NCBI GenBank assembly: GCA_002269645.1
Contig: NIVC01000094.1
Coordinates: 372,001 to 436,000, forward strand
Origin: Macrostomum lignano
Taxonomy: Eukaryota
Reading direction: 5' to 3'
Length of the DNA stretch: 64,000 nt
The notes beneath the pieces are model-generated. The model worked only from the letters and a program-made list of their open reading frames with translations, was not told the origin of the DNA and searched no databases. The translations under genes were made by a program, and so were the position numbers. Below, in pieces: positions 1 to 14,300 of the stretch (positions are counted from its first letter, which is position 1; each line of letters begins with the position of its first letter).

Positions 1-1425
1 ATTTATGGGAGATGAATTGCAACATCAACATCAGCGAATATGATGCAGATCTGGGATTAACAGGGGCGCGGCTTTGGAGATTAGGCTTACAAATTTAGCA
101 AATGACTATGCGAAAGCATGAAACAAGCAAGACAAGGCACCCAGTCTCTGCTGTATGAAATTCAACAACAGAAATCAATGGGAGCCATCAGTAATTGGAT
201 CCAACAGGCAATAGCGACACACGGGCCACAGTAGCACAGAGAGAATGTGACTTGATCTGTGTACTCATTACAGAGGTGTGGTTAGTGTTGTGTCATTGCG
301 GTTAATAAATAAGCAACAGTTAGCTGGGGCATGGCAGACTTACAGGTGACCTATGCATGCACGTAGATATGGTACGTCCGTATGCAGGATTTGGGACAAT
401 TAAAGCAGCAATACCAGTTATTAAAAACTATAGTTTCTAGGCGGGCGAATTGATCAAAATCAGTTATAACAAATTATGTGATAAAGCAGATTTTTTTGAA
501 AATGTTTCTCGAGTGGAAAAATGTTGCAAAAATGTACAGCCAGGGAACACTGGAAATACACGAACAGTGCGGGGGGGCATTGCGTAAGGCCGATAGATCT
601 GGGCCGGTTGCTAGGATATTCCTATAGCGAACACGAGTGTTCTGTAAAAAACTTTAATAGCAGATAAATCGATTATAAATATAAGCAGAGAGACAGGAAA
701 GACTAAAAGTTCACGGTTGAATATGTAGAGGGCCGGGGGCACAGAGCCGGGACGCGCTGTTCGAGAAGTGAAAAGCGCCCGTGTCTTGCATTCTTTCGCA
801 TATTTAATTTGATTATTAAATATTCAAATATTATCAATCAGCTCGAGTACACAGGCGGCAGACAGCCCACAAGTAAGTAGTGTAACAATATGAAGCAAAC
901 AATGGAGAGGATAGCAAGCACGGTGAGAACTAATCTAATAACCTACGACATGAGCATACCTGCATAATGAATCTAATATTATTATATATAGTAAATAATA
1001 CTATTATAATGGATCGGTGCGCAGCTGACGGCCGGCGCAACACGGTGATTAAATCAAAGAAACCTTGCAGATCGAGAGTACAAATTAGGGGCATTATAAG
1101 CAAGTAAAACAAACAAACAAATAAGCAGAAATTTGAAAAAAATCAATGCACAAAATTAAATTAACAGAAAGAGACAGAAACATTGCAACAGCAAAATGGT
1201 TGGAGGGACCGACGCCTCGCTCTTATATAAATAAATAAATTTGTGTGTTTTTTCATTTTGTTAACTTGAAAATGTTTGAAAATTGCTTTTTTTCTTCTTC
1301 GGGCAAAAATATGAAACTCTGCTTGTTAATTCTCTGTCCAGCTAAAGCAGCCGCTCTTTACTCAGCTGTGTTGCAGTCTGTTGTGTTGTGAAAGCGCCAG
1401 ACAGATAAGATTAGAGCCAGCCAGC

Positions 1426-1679
1426 TCAGGCCTGATGCGACCGCTGCAGGTGGTTGCGCAAGTTGCCGAGCCGGACATAGGACTTGCCGCAGTGAGGACA
1501 CCTGTGCTGCCTGTGCGCCTGCAGCTGCTGCTGCTGACTCGGCTGACCCGGCTGCTGCAGCTGCTGCATCTGGCGGTGCAGCGCCGAGTCATCCAGCGCC
1601 GAAGCCAGCCCGTACGCAGCGCCGGGCATCAGGGAGGTGTGCATGGACACCGGCGGCTGATTGGCTGTCACGCAGCCCA

Positions 1680-1710
<31 letters not shown>

Positions 1711-2298
1711 TTGAAGCTGCGGCGGAAGCAGCTGCTGGGCGGAAGACACGCCGCTGCCACCGCCGCCGCTGTTGCCAAGGAATGTGCTGAGGTAGAGCTT
1801 CTTAGGCGGCGGCGGAGAAGCGAAATGATGCTGAGTGTTGGGCTTGGCCCGGGTGCAGTGCAGGCGGTAGTGCAGGTCGGGGTCCGTGTGCATGGCCACG
1901 TGCATCTCTAATGAGGAGGCGTAGGCGAAGCGGGCGGCGCACAGCTGGCAGCGGTACAGCTCGTCCATGGCGTGCACCCGCTCGTGAAAGTCGCGCTGCT
2001 CGTCCGTGGCAGCCGGGGCGTCGCAGTGCGGACAGAGGCCGGCCGAGATGCGCCTGGACCACTCCTGCTGCTCCGGCTGCTTGGCCAGCAGTTGCTGCTG
2101 CTGTTGCTGTTGTTGTTGCTGCTGTTGCAGAAGTTGCTGCTGCTGTCGGCAGGTGTCGCCGCTTGACGAGTTGGACACCGCCTCTGGCGTGCTCAGCTCA
2201 GCAGGGTCACCGGGAGCGGCCGACAGAATCGAGGCCAGAAATCGACTGGCGAGGGCCGGCGGAGGCGGCTGGCGCTGGAACTGGTGGTCTGTGGCCAT
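1426..2298 (-). CDS. C2H2 zinc-finger protein with poly-Q tracts (3 fingers); 5' end uncertain
   Basis: Three canonical fingers: CPHC-x12-HERVH, CQLC-x12-HVAMH, CPHC-x12-HLQRSH. The track start at 2394 is TTG; the first ATG is at 2298. The frame stays open to ~2436 with AG acceptor candidates, so an upstream exon is possible. Confidence 0.8.
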
Positions 2299-2431
2299 GA
2301 CTGCCGGGATGCTTTTGCTGGTGCGAACTGTTGCTAACCGGACTGGATTGGCTGCTGCTGCGATTTCAGCGATTTCAGCAGCAAGGTTTGGCAATGGGTG
2401 GAATTCGCGGTGAATGGGATTGGCTGAGATC

Positions 2432-2560
2432 CCTGCCTAGGAACAACACCTGAAATTCCTGCCTAGCAACACCTGAAATTCCTGCCTAGCAACACCTGAA
2501 ATCCCTGCCTAGCAACACCTTAAATCCTTGCATAAAGGTGAAACACCTGAAACTGCCTAG
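2432..2560. repeat. 23-bp minisatellite (CCTGCCTAGCAACACCTGAAATT), ~5 copies
   Basis: Tandem copies visible immediately 5' of the zinc-finger exon. Confidence 0.8.
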
Positions 2561-3059
2561 CAACTAACGCTGCCACTATTCTTATAGACGCTTATAGATG
2601 AATTGGAATAAATAACAGCAATCTTTAAAATCGTGAAATTATAAGGCTCAAAAAGTTCATTGCAGAGTAGATTAAAAGTACACAGAGTACGAACAACAGT
2701 TAAAAAAATCAGAAGAATAGTTCCATGAAAAACCGATTCAATTTGGCACCAAAATCAAAAGAACTGTAAATTCCACGCCTAATTAACATTCTATGATAAT
2801 AACCACTGGAATAAGGCTTGAAAGACAGCAAAAACACAATGGCCAAATAAGTAAAAAAAACTCGAAGCATTAAATTATTCAGGAATTTTAAATAAAATTA
2901 CCGCAAAATCAATTAAAAAGCACAGGAAGTTTTTTATTATGCGTCATTAAATCTGATTAAATCCTGAACATTGTTTTAAGAATCTGCAGCGATTTGTGTG
3001 TTGCAATTTTTGCAGAGACTGCTAAGATGGAATTGTTGCGATCACCAAACTGTATTTTG

Positions 3060-3405
3060 AAAGAACTCTGGTGGGATTTTCCTGAAAATATGCTGGGATT
3101 CACCAAGAAATCAGCTGGGGCTTTCGTAGAAATCTGCAAATTTTTTCTTGAAAACTGCTGGGATTTCCTAAAAATCTGCTGAAACTTTCGTATAAATATG
3201 CTGAAATATTCCTAGAAATCTGATGGGACTTTCTTAGAAATATGCTGAGATATTCCTAAAAATCTGCTGTGATTTTCCAAGAAATCTGCTGGGATTTTCC
3301 CAGAAATCTGCTGGGGTTTTCTTAGAAATCTGATGGGAATTTCTTAGAAATATGCTGGGATTTTCCTAGAAATCTGCTGGGATTTTCCTAGAAATCTGTG
3401 GGGAT
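3060..3405. repeat. Degenerate ~22-bp minisatellite (GGGATTTTCCTAGAAATCTGCT)
   Basis: Tandem imperfect copies. Confidence 0.75.
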
Positions 3406-3520
3406 TAAAATATATTTTATGCTAGGATTTATGTAGGGTTGATTTTCTCAGAAATCGATTTGGAATTTCCTGATAAAAAACGAGTCATTTTATGTTAGAT
3501 TCGCGGCTCTCCAGTGACAG

Positions 3521-5606
3521 CTAGACGTCCGCCGCCTTGGACTGCCTGGCGTGGCACAGACGCAGCACGGCGTAGACAATGCCGATGGCCACACCGATAG
3601 CGAACAGGCAGCCAATAACAATGGCCCAGGCCCAAGCGCCCGACGAGAAAATGGAGAACTTCGGCACCTTGTAGAATTCGGCCGCACCGCCGGCCGGCAT
3701 AAAGCAGGCGTAGCTTCGCTTAGCGCTGCACTTGTCCATGACGATGAACCTGAACAGGTACAGTATGTTCGTGATGAAGAAGGCGCAGCGCTCCTCTAGC
3801 TGGCAGTTGCGATTGTTGCCAAGGCGGGAGCTCTGACAGCCAATCAGATCGGGCCTGGCGATGGTTAAGAAATAATTATTCAAGCCTTCTTGCAGCAGCA
3901 GCAGGGAGGGGGCTTTTTTGAGTCTGATTTAGTTAGTGAGCTCAGTTACTTTTGCGTCACTCTTGAGTAGCTTCAGTCATCATTGAGTAGACTCAATCCC
4001 TCTTGAGTAGCCTCAGTCACTCTTGAGTAGCTTTAGTCCCTCTTGAATGGCATCAGTTCATATTGAGTAGCCCCAGTCACTCCTGAGTAACCTCAGTTAA
4101 TCTTGATTAGCTTTAGTCACTCCTGAGTAGCCTCAGTCACTCCTGAGTAGCCTCAGTCACTCTTGAGTAGCCTCAGTCACTCCTGAGTAGCCTCAGTCAC
4201 TCCTGAGTAGCCTCAGTCCATCTTGATTAGCTTTAGTCACTCCTGAGTAGCCTCAGTCACTCCTGAGTAGCCTCAGTCACTCCTGAGTAGCCTCAGTCAC
4301 TCCTGAGTAGCCTCAGTCACTCCTGAGTAGCCTCAGTCACTCCTGAGTAGCCTCAGTCACTCTTGAGTAGCCTCAGTCACTCTTGAGTAGCCTCAGTCAC
4401 TCTTGAGTCAACCCAAAGTCATTCTCATAGAGCTCACTCATAGAACTGCGAGCCATCTAGCCAATAATAATAGAACTGGCCAGCGCTGGTGTAGTCCGTC
4501 AGGCCAATCCAGTTGTCCTTGGTCAGCTGGCCAGGCAGCTGCCTGTACAGCTCGGTGATGGTCTCGATGCCGGGCAGGCCAGGCGGCAGATGCAGCAGGT
4601 TGGCCCGCATAGCAACGCAGGCGGTCTGCGAGTCATCAAAGCTCAGAAGCGGGCCAGCCGAGCCGGCGTTGCCAAAGCAGTAGCCGCCGTAGGGCCGCCA
4701 GTCTGGCGGGCAGCCGCTGAACTGGCGCACCCGGAGGATGACGCCGACACCGGTGGTGGAAGAGGCGTCGGCAGCGGCGGCAGCGACAAAGGCGACAGTA
4801 ACAGTTGGCCGCGAAGTGGTGAGGGCCATGTCGTGACCAGGCGGGGAGCCGCCCATGGGAACGGTGAGCAGGTTGTGCTGCTCCGACCAGACAGACAGAT
4901 TAGCCGTCGGCATGGAGACGTTTAGTATCTGGGTAGGAAGCAAAGCCCGGGCGGGGAGAACACGAATTGGATACTTGCTACTCATAAGTAATAAGAAACG
5001 GGAAAACGCAAATAAAATACCAACATCTCTACTCCACCAAGAACTCCATTGTTGACAGATTTCTCAAATTTGACAATTAATACAAGTCTTAGTGGTTGGA
5101 GCGTTGGACTCGCGACTGAAAGGACTGGGGTTCGATTCCCAACCCCAACTGGAACAATTTGTGTCCATGAGCAAGACGCTTGACTCTACATTGCTTCAAT
5201 TCACCCAGCTGTAAAATGGGTGCCAGCATTAGCTGGGGTAATTGAGGGTGTGTGTGGCGACCCCCCCCCCCTAGTCCTGGGACTGAACAGCCGTACGCAG
5301 CCTTCAGGTGCACCGCACATTAATAACTGGGCAGAGGTCGCTACATGCGCGACTCACCTGGACAAAGTAGAGCGCCCCGGGATTCTGTGACACCGCGTGA
5401 AACGAGCACCTGTCACCTGGCCGATACCTGTCTGAGCCAGCCGGCCTGGTGTGCACATAGAAATCCGACTGCCTGATGTAATCCCGGCCGGGGGTGTCGC
5501 AGTAAAAGCTCGCCGGAGGTGGCGCCAGCGTCAGCTGAGGTTGCGCCGGCTGCAGCAGCGGCAGCAGCAACGCCGCCAGGCAAGTTAAAGATGCGGAGTT
5601 GGTCAT
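3521..5606 (-). CDS. CUB + C-type lectin single-pass membrane protein, paralog A (~357 aa; exons 5606-5358, 4928-4438, 3854-3521)
   Basis: Signal peptide (MTNSASLTCLAALLLPLLQPAQP); CUB-like start (FYC...YRPGDRCSF); CTLD (CPPDWRPYGGYCF, SFDDSQTAC, WIGL, YYWLDG, EPD, C..C..C); TM (AWAWAIVIGCLFAIGVAIGIVYAVL). GT-AG introns of phase 0 and 2 keep the frame. Confidence 0.8.
3950..4408. repeat. 20-bp minisatellite (TCCTGAGTAGCCTCAGTCAC) in intron 2 of paralog A
   Basis: Exact 20-bp period, >20 copies. Confidence 0.95.
5089..5345 (+). mobile_element. tRNA-derived SINE with CORE-like domain (copy 1), in intron 1 of paralog A
   Basis: A-box-like AGTGGTTGGAGC and B box GGTTCGATTCC (5129-5139), followed by GTGTCCATGAGCAAGACGCTT...CAGCTGTAAAATGGG. 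Clearly homologous to the copy at 28335-28611. Confidence 0.8.
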
Positions 5607-5626
5607 AAGCAATTATTTAGATTATT

Positions 5627-6306
5627 GTAGCACTGAGCGTACATTGGGGTTGAGGCTGGTGGGAACCGAGTGTACATTGGGGTTGAGGCTGGTGGGAACC
5701 GAGTGTACATTGGGGTTGAGGCTGGTGGGAACCGAGTGTACATTGGGGTTGAGGCTGGTGGGAACCGAGTGTACATTGGGGTTGAGGCTGGTGGGAACCG
5801 AGTGTACATTGGGGTTGAGGCTGGTGGGAACCGAGTGTACATTGGGGTTGAGGCTGGTGGGAACCGAGTGTACATTGGGGTTGAGGCTGGTGGGAACCGA
5901 GTGTACATTGGGGTTGAGGCTGGTGGGAACCGAGTGTACATTGGGGTTGAGGCTGGTGGGAACCGAGTGTACATTGGGGTTGAGGCTGGTGGGAACCGAG
6001 TGTACATTGGGGTTGAGGCTGGTGGGAACCGAGTGTACATTGGGGTTGAGGCTGGTGGGAACCGAGTGTACATTGGGGTTGAGGCTGGTGGGAACCGAGT
6101 GTACATTGGGGTTGAGGCTGGTGGGAACCGAGTGTACATTGGGGTTGAGGCTGGTGGGAACCGAGTGTACATTGGGGTTGAGGCTGGTGGGAACCGAGTG
6201 TACATTGGGGTTGAGGCTGGTGGGAACCGAGTGTACATTGGGGTTGAGGCTGGTGGGAACCGAGTGTACATTGGGGTTGAGGCTGGCGGGAACCGAGTGT
6301 ACATTT
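5627..6306. repeat. 33-bp minisatellite (GAGTGTACATTGGGGTTGAGGCTGGTGGGAACC), ~20 near-identical copies
   Basis: Perfect tandem array; gives 11-aa periodic ORFs in several frames. Confidence 0.97.
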
Positions 6307-6639
6307 GGCTGAAACGAGTATATTATGCTAAACTTTAGGGCCAGGTCGAGAGACGAATACAGGAACACATTTAGGGGAATTCAGAGTTTTTATTTCATTT
6401 CTGCTCGTCAAAGAACTCATTTCGAGATAAACAGTTATAAAAAGCGCGGGGTGGAAGTTTATAGCTAAAAAAATTGGAATACAGGCACAAAATCGAAAAT
6501 CGACACTCTTAAAATTGATCACCGAAAATAAAACAGATAAATAATAAGTAAGCACTGATTCTGAAATAAAAAACAATGTAGCACTTAATTATATAATAAT
6601 ACTATAAAAACTGCGATAAGTGGTTGGGTGGGATCGGGA

Positions 6640-7635
6640 GACTGTACATTGGGGCGAGGGGGGGTCAGGCGAGTGTACATTGGGGCGAGTGGGGTCAGGC
6701 GATTGTACTTGGGGCGAGTGGGGTCAGACAAGAGTGTACATTGGGGCGAGTGGGGTCAGGCGATTGTACATTGGGGCGAGTGGGGTCGGGAGAGTGTACA
6801 TTGGGGCGAGTGGGGTCAGGAGAGTGTACATTGGGGCAAGTGGGGTCAGGCGAGAGTGTACATTGGGGCGAGTGGGGTCAGGAGAGTGTACATTGGGGCG
6901 AGTGGCGTCAGGAGAGTGTACATTGGGGCGAGTGGGGTCAGGAGAGTGTACATTGGGGCGAGTGGCGTCAGGAGAGTGTACATTGGGGCAAGTGGGGTCA
7001 GGCGAGAGTGTACATTGGGGCGAGTGGGGTCAGGAGAGTGTACATTGGGGCGAGTGGGGTCAGGAGAGTGTACATTGGGGCGAGTGGCGTCAGGAGAGTG
7101 TACATTGGGGCAAGTGGGGTCAGGCGAGAGTGTACATTGGGGCGAGTGGGGTCAGGAGAGTGTACATTGGGGCAAGTGGGGTCAGGCGAGAGTGTACATT
7201 GGGGCGAGTGGGGTCAGGAGAGTGTACATTGGGGCAAGTGGGGTCAGGCGAGAGTGTACATTGGGGCGAGTGGGGTCAGGAGAGTGTACATTGGGGCGAG
7301 TGGGGTCAGGAGAGTGTACATTGGGGCGAGTGGGGTCAGGAGAGTGTACATTGGGGCAAGTGGGGTCAGGCGAGAGTGTACATTGGGGCGAGTGGGGTCA
7401 GGAGAGTGTACATTGGGGCAAGTGGGGTCAGGCGAGAGTGTACATTGGGGCGAGTGGGGTCAGGAGAGTGTACATTGGGGCAAGTGGGGTCAGGCGAGAG
7501 TGTACATTGGGGCGAGTGGGGTCAGGAGAGTGTACATTGGGGCAAGTGGGGTCAGGCGAGAGTGTACATTGGGGCGAGTGGGGTCAGGAGAGTGTACATT
7601 GGGGCAAGTGAGGTCAGGAGAGTGTACATTGGGGT
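6640..7635. repeat. 29/31-bp minisatellite (GAGTGTACATTGGGGCGAGTGGGGTCAG[GC])
   Basis: Tandem array with two length variants; shares the GAGTGTACATTGGGG core with the preceding array. Confidence 0.95.
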
Positions 7636-7846
7636 GAGTTGGTGATCTCATCAGTAAGTGTAAATAGGGTAAATGAGGTACTGAATAAGTTTCTCACTTA
7701 GAGAGAAAATGATTGGAATGCTAAAATAACGAACGAAAGACCACGCCAGCATTGAAAATGACCCCAATGATAAGCTAAATATTAGTAGACGCAACAGCTA
7801 TTATAATTGTACAGAATTTCACAGATTTTATTACAGCTCTAATAAT

Positions 7847-10067
<2,221 letters not shown>

Positions 10068-10182
10068 GCTCTTAGGAGAGGCAATGAATAAATGACTGCT
10101 GAAGCAAGTCGAGTAGTCAGTGATTGTGAAAATATTCTGCTAAACTAATGCTACCCGTGAATTGCTAATGGATAGACGGTTA

Positions 10183-10215
10183 GAGACAGACAGACAGACA
10201 GACAGGCAGATTGGC

Positions 10216-10266
<51 letters not shown>

Positions 10267-10299
10267 TAGACAGACAGACACACAGACAGAAAGACAGTC

Positions 10300-10336
<37 letters not shown>

Positions 10337-10361
10337 GGACAGACAGGACAGACAGACAGAC

Positions 10362-10398
<37 letters not shown>

Positions 10399-10408
10399 CA
10401 CAGAAAGA
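10183..10408. repeat. (GACA)n microsatellite upstream of paralog B
   Basis: Direct tetranucleotide repeat. Confidence 0.95.
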
Positions 10409-11308
10409 CATCTAATTGTCTGTGACTCTAAAAAGATTTCTAACTGACAAAACCTCTAAAATATGCTTCAAGTACCTACGGTATTAGCAAAGAAGAAAAT
10501 CACCATTAGCAATAGGATTTGTTTTAGTGTTATTTTTATTTGTCTTACATTTTTTCTGACAATAAATAGAGAAAACAAGTTTTTGACGCTGAAAAATTGT
10601 TAGAAACTCAAGCGCAATTCATCAATTACTACTTACTCAAGTAGTTTAGTAAATTATTTAGAGTTAGTGGGACACCAGCAAAGCTGCAGTCGGGGCACAC
10701 ATTTTTGGTTCCTTAAGCTTGCAGTGCTTTGTCATAGCGATAAGCTTTTGATAAACATATGAAACCGCTATAGCATATCACAGCAGTAGTATATGTAGGG
10801 TCAGAAATTCAGAAATTGAATAGAATGAAAAACAAGCAATGATAATAAAGAAATCGATAAAACACAGTCCGGAAGATGAAAAACAGAGCAAATTAACCGA
10901 TTACAACTGTGTAGCAGTGAGCGCGGTGGTATTGGATATGATTAACAAGCAATTATATCCAATTTTCTGCTAAATTTATAATGATTTCGCTTAAACAAAC
11001 ATAAAATACTACTAAAAAGCAGAAATACCAGTAGCATAAGAAGCAATAAATATTTAGTTTTTTAAAGTTTACTCACAATTATTTAAAAACGTAAAAAATC
11101 CTAATAAGTAAATTTAACAACAGGCCAAATATGGAATGTTTCAGTTATTGAAAAAAAACAATAAAACAATTATTAAAAAGATCACACACAAAAAAAAGCT
11201 TATAAAGTCTCAGGCACAGCCAGAAAAAAAGCGAATAATAAAAAGTGTAATTTAAAAAGTTCCCCGACAGAGTAACTGGGGGACTTCAGCTTCAGCAGAC
11301 GGCAGCCC

Positions 11309-14300
11309 CTACACGTCCATCTGTTCGGTGAGCGACTGCAGATTGTAGCGGCTGTTGTGCAAGGAGCCGGAGTGATGAGGCGATGGGGCACCGCTCTGAT
11401 TTCCGTCTGCAAAAGTTAAAAAACGAGGATGAACTTTCTTGGAATATGGGGAGGGGGCATTTAATGACAGAATAGGTGTGCTCAGTGTGCTCAACTGAAA
11501 GCGTTTGTATATATGATAAATATGATATGATAAATAAAGAAGTTAAGAAATTACCTGACGATAAAAAACAACACACAGTGGAGTTTTTTATATAAAAAAC
11601 AAGCCTGGTTTTTATTAAGTAAGACAAAAACCCCAATTATTCTTAAATAGAAACAAAGACTTATATAGATTTATACTAATTTAAAACAAAGAGCAAGATT
11701 TCTATTTGCAGAAAGAAAGAAGAACCAGATTTCTATAATTATAAACAAAGAGCAAGATGTCTATTTTTAGAAACAAAGAAGAACCAGATTTCTATAATTA
11801 GAAACAAAGAGCAAGATGTCTATTTTTAGAAACAAAGAAGAACCAGATTTCTATAATTAGAAACAAAGAGCAAGATGTCTATTTTTAGAAACAAAGAAAA
11901 GCCAGATTTCTATAATTAGAAACAAAGAGCAAGATGTCTATTTTTAGAAACAAAGAAAAACTACATTTCTATAATTAGAAACAAAGAGCTAGATTTTTAT
12001 TTTTAGAAACAAAGAAGAACCAGATTTCTATAATTAGAAACAAAGAGCAAGATGTCTATTTTTAGAAACAAAGAAAAACTAGATTTCTATAATTAGAAAC
12101 AAAGAGCTAGATTTCTATTTTTAGAAACAAAGAAGAACCAGATTTCTATAATTAGAAACAAAGAGCTATATTTCTATTTTTAGAAACAAAGAACCAGATT
12201 TCTATAATTAGAAACAAAGAGCTAGATTTCTATTTTTAGAAACAAAGAATCAGATTTCTATAATTAGAAACAAAGAGCTAGATATCTAACAATAGAAACA
12301 AACGGTTTGAGTACTACAGAATCAAAGCACATTTATATTCATACATTTATACAGATAAAGAACAGAACTTCTTAAATAGATAGAAACGCACTAAGCTAGG
12401 ACCATAAGAAACTAAGACAGGTGCAGAGTTCTGTGTCAGTCTAGCCCTGTGATCTACAATCTATCATGACTTATGCACCGAAAATGGGGTGGTTTGTCGC
12501 CAAATTAGGCTAGTCGGATTTCGCAACTTGATGGTCAATTTTTGTTCACACCAACGCGTCGCGACCTTATCAGAGGTTGGTCATTGACGGCAAAGGTCAT
12601 AATATAAAAAATAAAGCGCGTTCAAGCCATTCAACGAGTCAACGCTGATGACATTGGAATGAGAGACATACAAAGGTTTGTGAGATATTAAATAAACTAA
12701 AAATACTACTCATAGTTTGCGAGCCGTGTCAGTCAACACAATACAGTTATACGCAAATAGCACAAAAATGCACAGCTGCAGTACTCATTAGTCAGGGGTT
12801 CAGTCTTCCTCTCGACTGTCGGCCGTTGCCTTGAATATTGAAGCCAAACAATTTCATTCATTTCAATAAGCTGTCTGAATTAATTAGCCATAGCAAAGGA
12901 GATATTTGTTAATAAGCATTCAAGTGGTATGATATACATAGTCATATAGCTGTTATGGTATTCATTAAATATAAATATGCGAATAAAGCAAAGCCATCCA
13001 GTCAGAGCACTAAAAATTAGTAAATAAGCGTACTACTAAAAGTAGTTTACTTGTGAATTGTCTAAACATGATAACACATGGCTAAGTAGATAAAATTACT
13101 AAACATGCAAACTGCTGTAGCACTATGGTTTGATACATGATCTTCATTTCCTTATATCGAGCTACAGTTTCGACCATAGACAAAAATACAATTCGAAAAG
13201 GCGTCATAAGATTCTACAGTAGATTTTAGAGTGAGCCATTTTGTCTATGGTTGAAAGCCAAACTGCCCGACTGAGGCGAAACCGGGTTCATTTCTTTCCA
13301 CCAGTTTGGCATTCTCTCAATAGGCCAAGGATAAATCTTTCTAGCTTGCCAAACAGAAGAAAAAACTGCAACAATATTCTCTACATACTACTTCTGGAGA
13401 AATAGAAGATTTTCAATAAAAGAGATTTCCGACTAACCCTGCTGCTGGTAGGAGCGCGGCCCGTCCATGCTGTGCGCGTCGAACTGGCGGCTGATGCTCA
13501 CGCTGCCAGCGCCGCCAGCGTCGTTCCAGGTGTAGGCGGGCGGCTCGCCGGGCTGGTCGCGGGCCAGCGAGTGGGCCAGCTCGGACTGCAGCCTGGCCCT
13601 GTAGTCGGCCGGCTTGTCGGCAGCCATCTGGTACAGAATAGCAGCGGCGTAGGTTGCCACGGCGTCGTTGCGCGAGTGCAGCAGCTGAGTGAGCCGGGCG
13701 GCGGCGCCTTCGCCTTCGAGTTGCTGGGCGGCGCGCGGATCGGCGGTCACCTCGGCCAGCAGGCCGGCAACGCAGCGCTGGATGTGCTCCTGGTTAGAGT
13801 GCAGAGCCTGGGCTAGCAGCGGCATCACAGGGGGCCGTAGGCCTAGCAGGGCCTCACGTGACAGGTGCTCACGGCACAGGGCCTGCAGGCAGGCCAGCGC
13901 GGCCTCGGTCACCTCCTCGGAGGCAACGCCGTCAAGCACGTCGCCAGAGATGAGACTGCCGCCTGGCGAGCCGGGAGCGCTGAGCTGCTGCAGGGCATCT
14001 ACGGCGGCTTCAACAAGGCCCTGCTCGCGCAGCGGGGCGCAGTTCTCGTCAAATAGGGCCAGGTTGCGGCAGAGGCCGAGAGCAGCTTTGACCAGCGGCC
14101 GGCGCGACTGGACCTCCGTCAGCAGCTTCAGCAGCACCGTGACGCCGTAGTGGTAGCGGACCGCTTCGGCGGCGGCGTGGGCCTGGCGGATGTGGGGGAC
14201 GAGATCGGGTGACAGTCGGGTGTGACAGACCCTTGGTTGAGTCGGGTGTGACAGACCCTTGGTTAAGTCGGGTGTGACAGACCCTTGGTTGAGTCGGGTG

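Noticed and set aside
1-1300. Possible LINE/TE remnant at the window start
   Set aside because: Manual translation of parts of the reverse strand gave frequent stops and no RT or endonuclease motif
1381-2413. Antisense and alternate-frame ORFs over GC-rich exons (also over CUB-CTL, beta-catenin, MND1, PLEKHA8)
   Set aside because: Shadow ORFs caused by high GC3 codon bias; no recognisable domains
5627-6306. Regular 20-40-bp repeats resembling CRISPR arrays
   Set aside because: Units are head-to-tail with no unique spacers, there are no cas genes, and the context is eukaryotic
5599-7645. Long periodic ORFs in all frames (also 37537-38943, 40766-42057, 48317-48970, 52689-53147, 60601-61765, 62020-62370)
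   Set aside because: They are translations of stop-free tandem repeats, open in several frames and on both strands, and lie in introns or spacers of real genes
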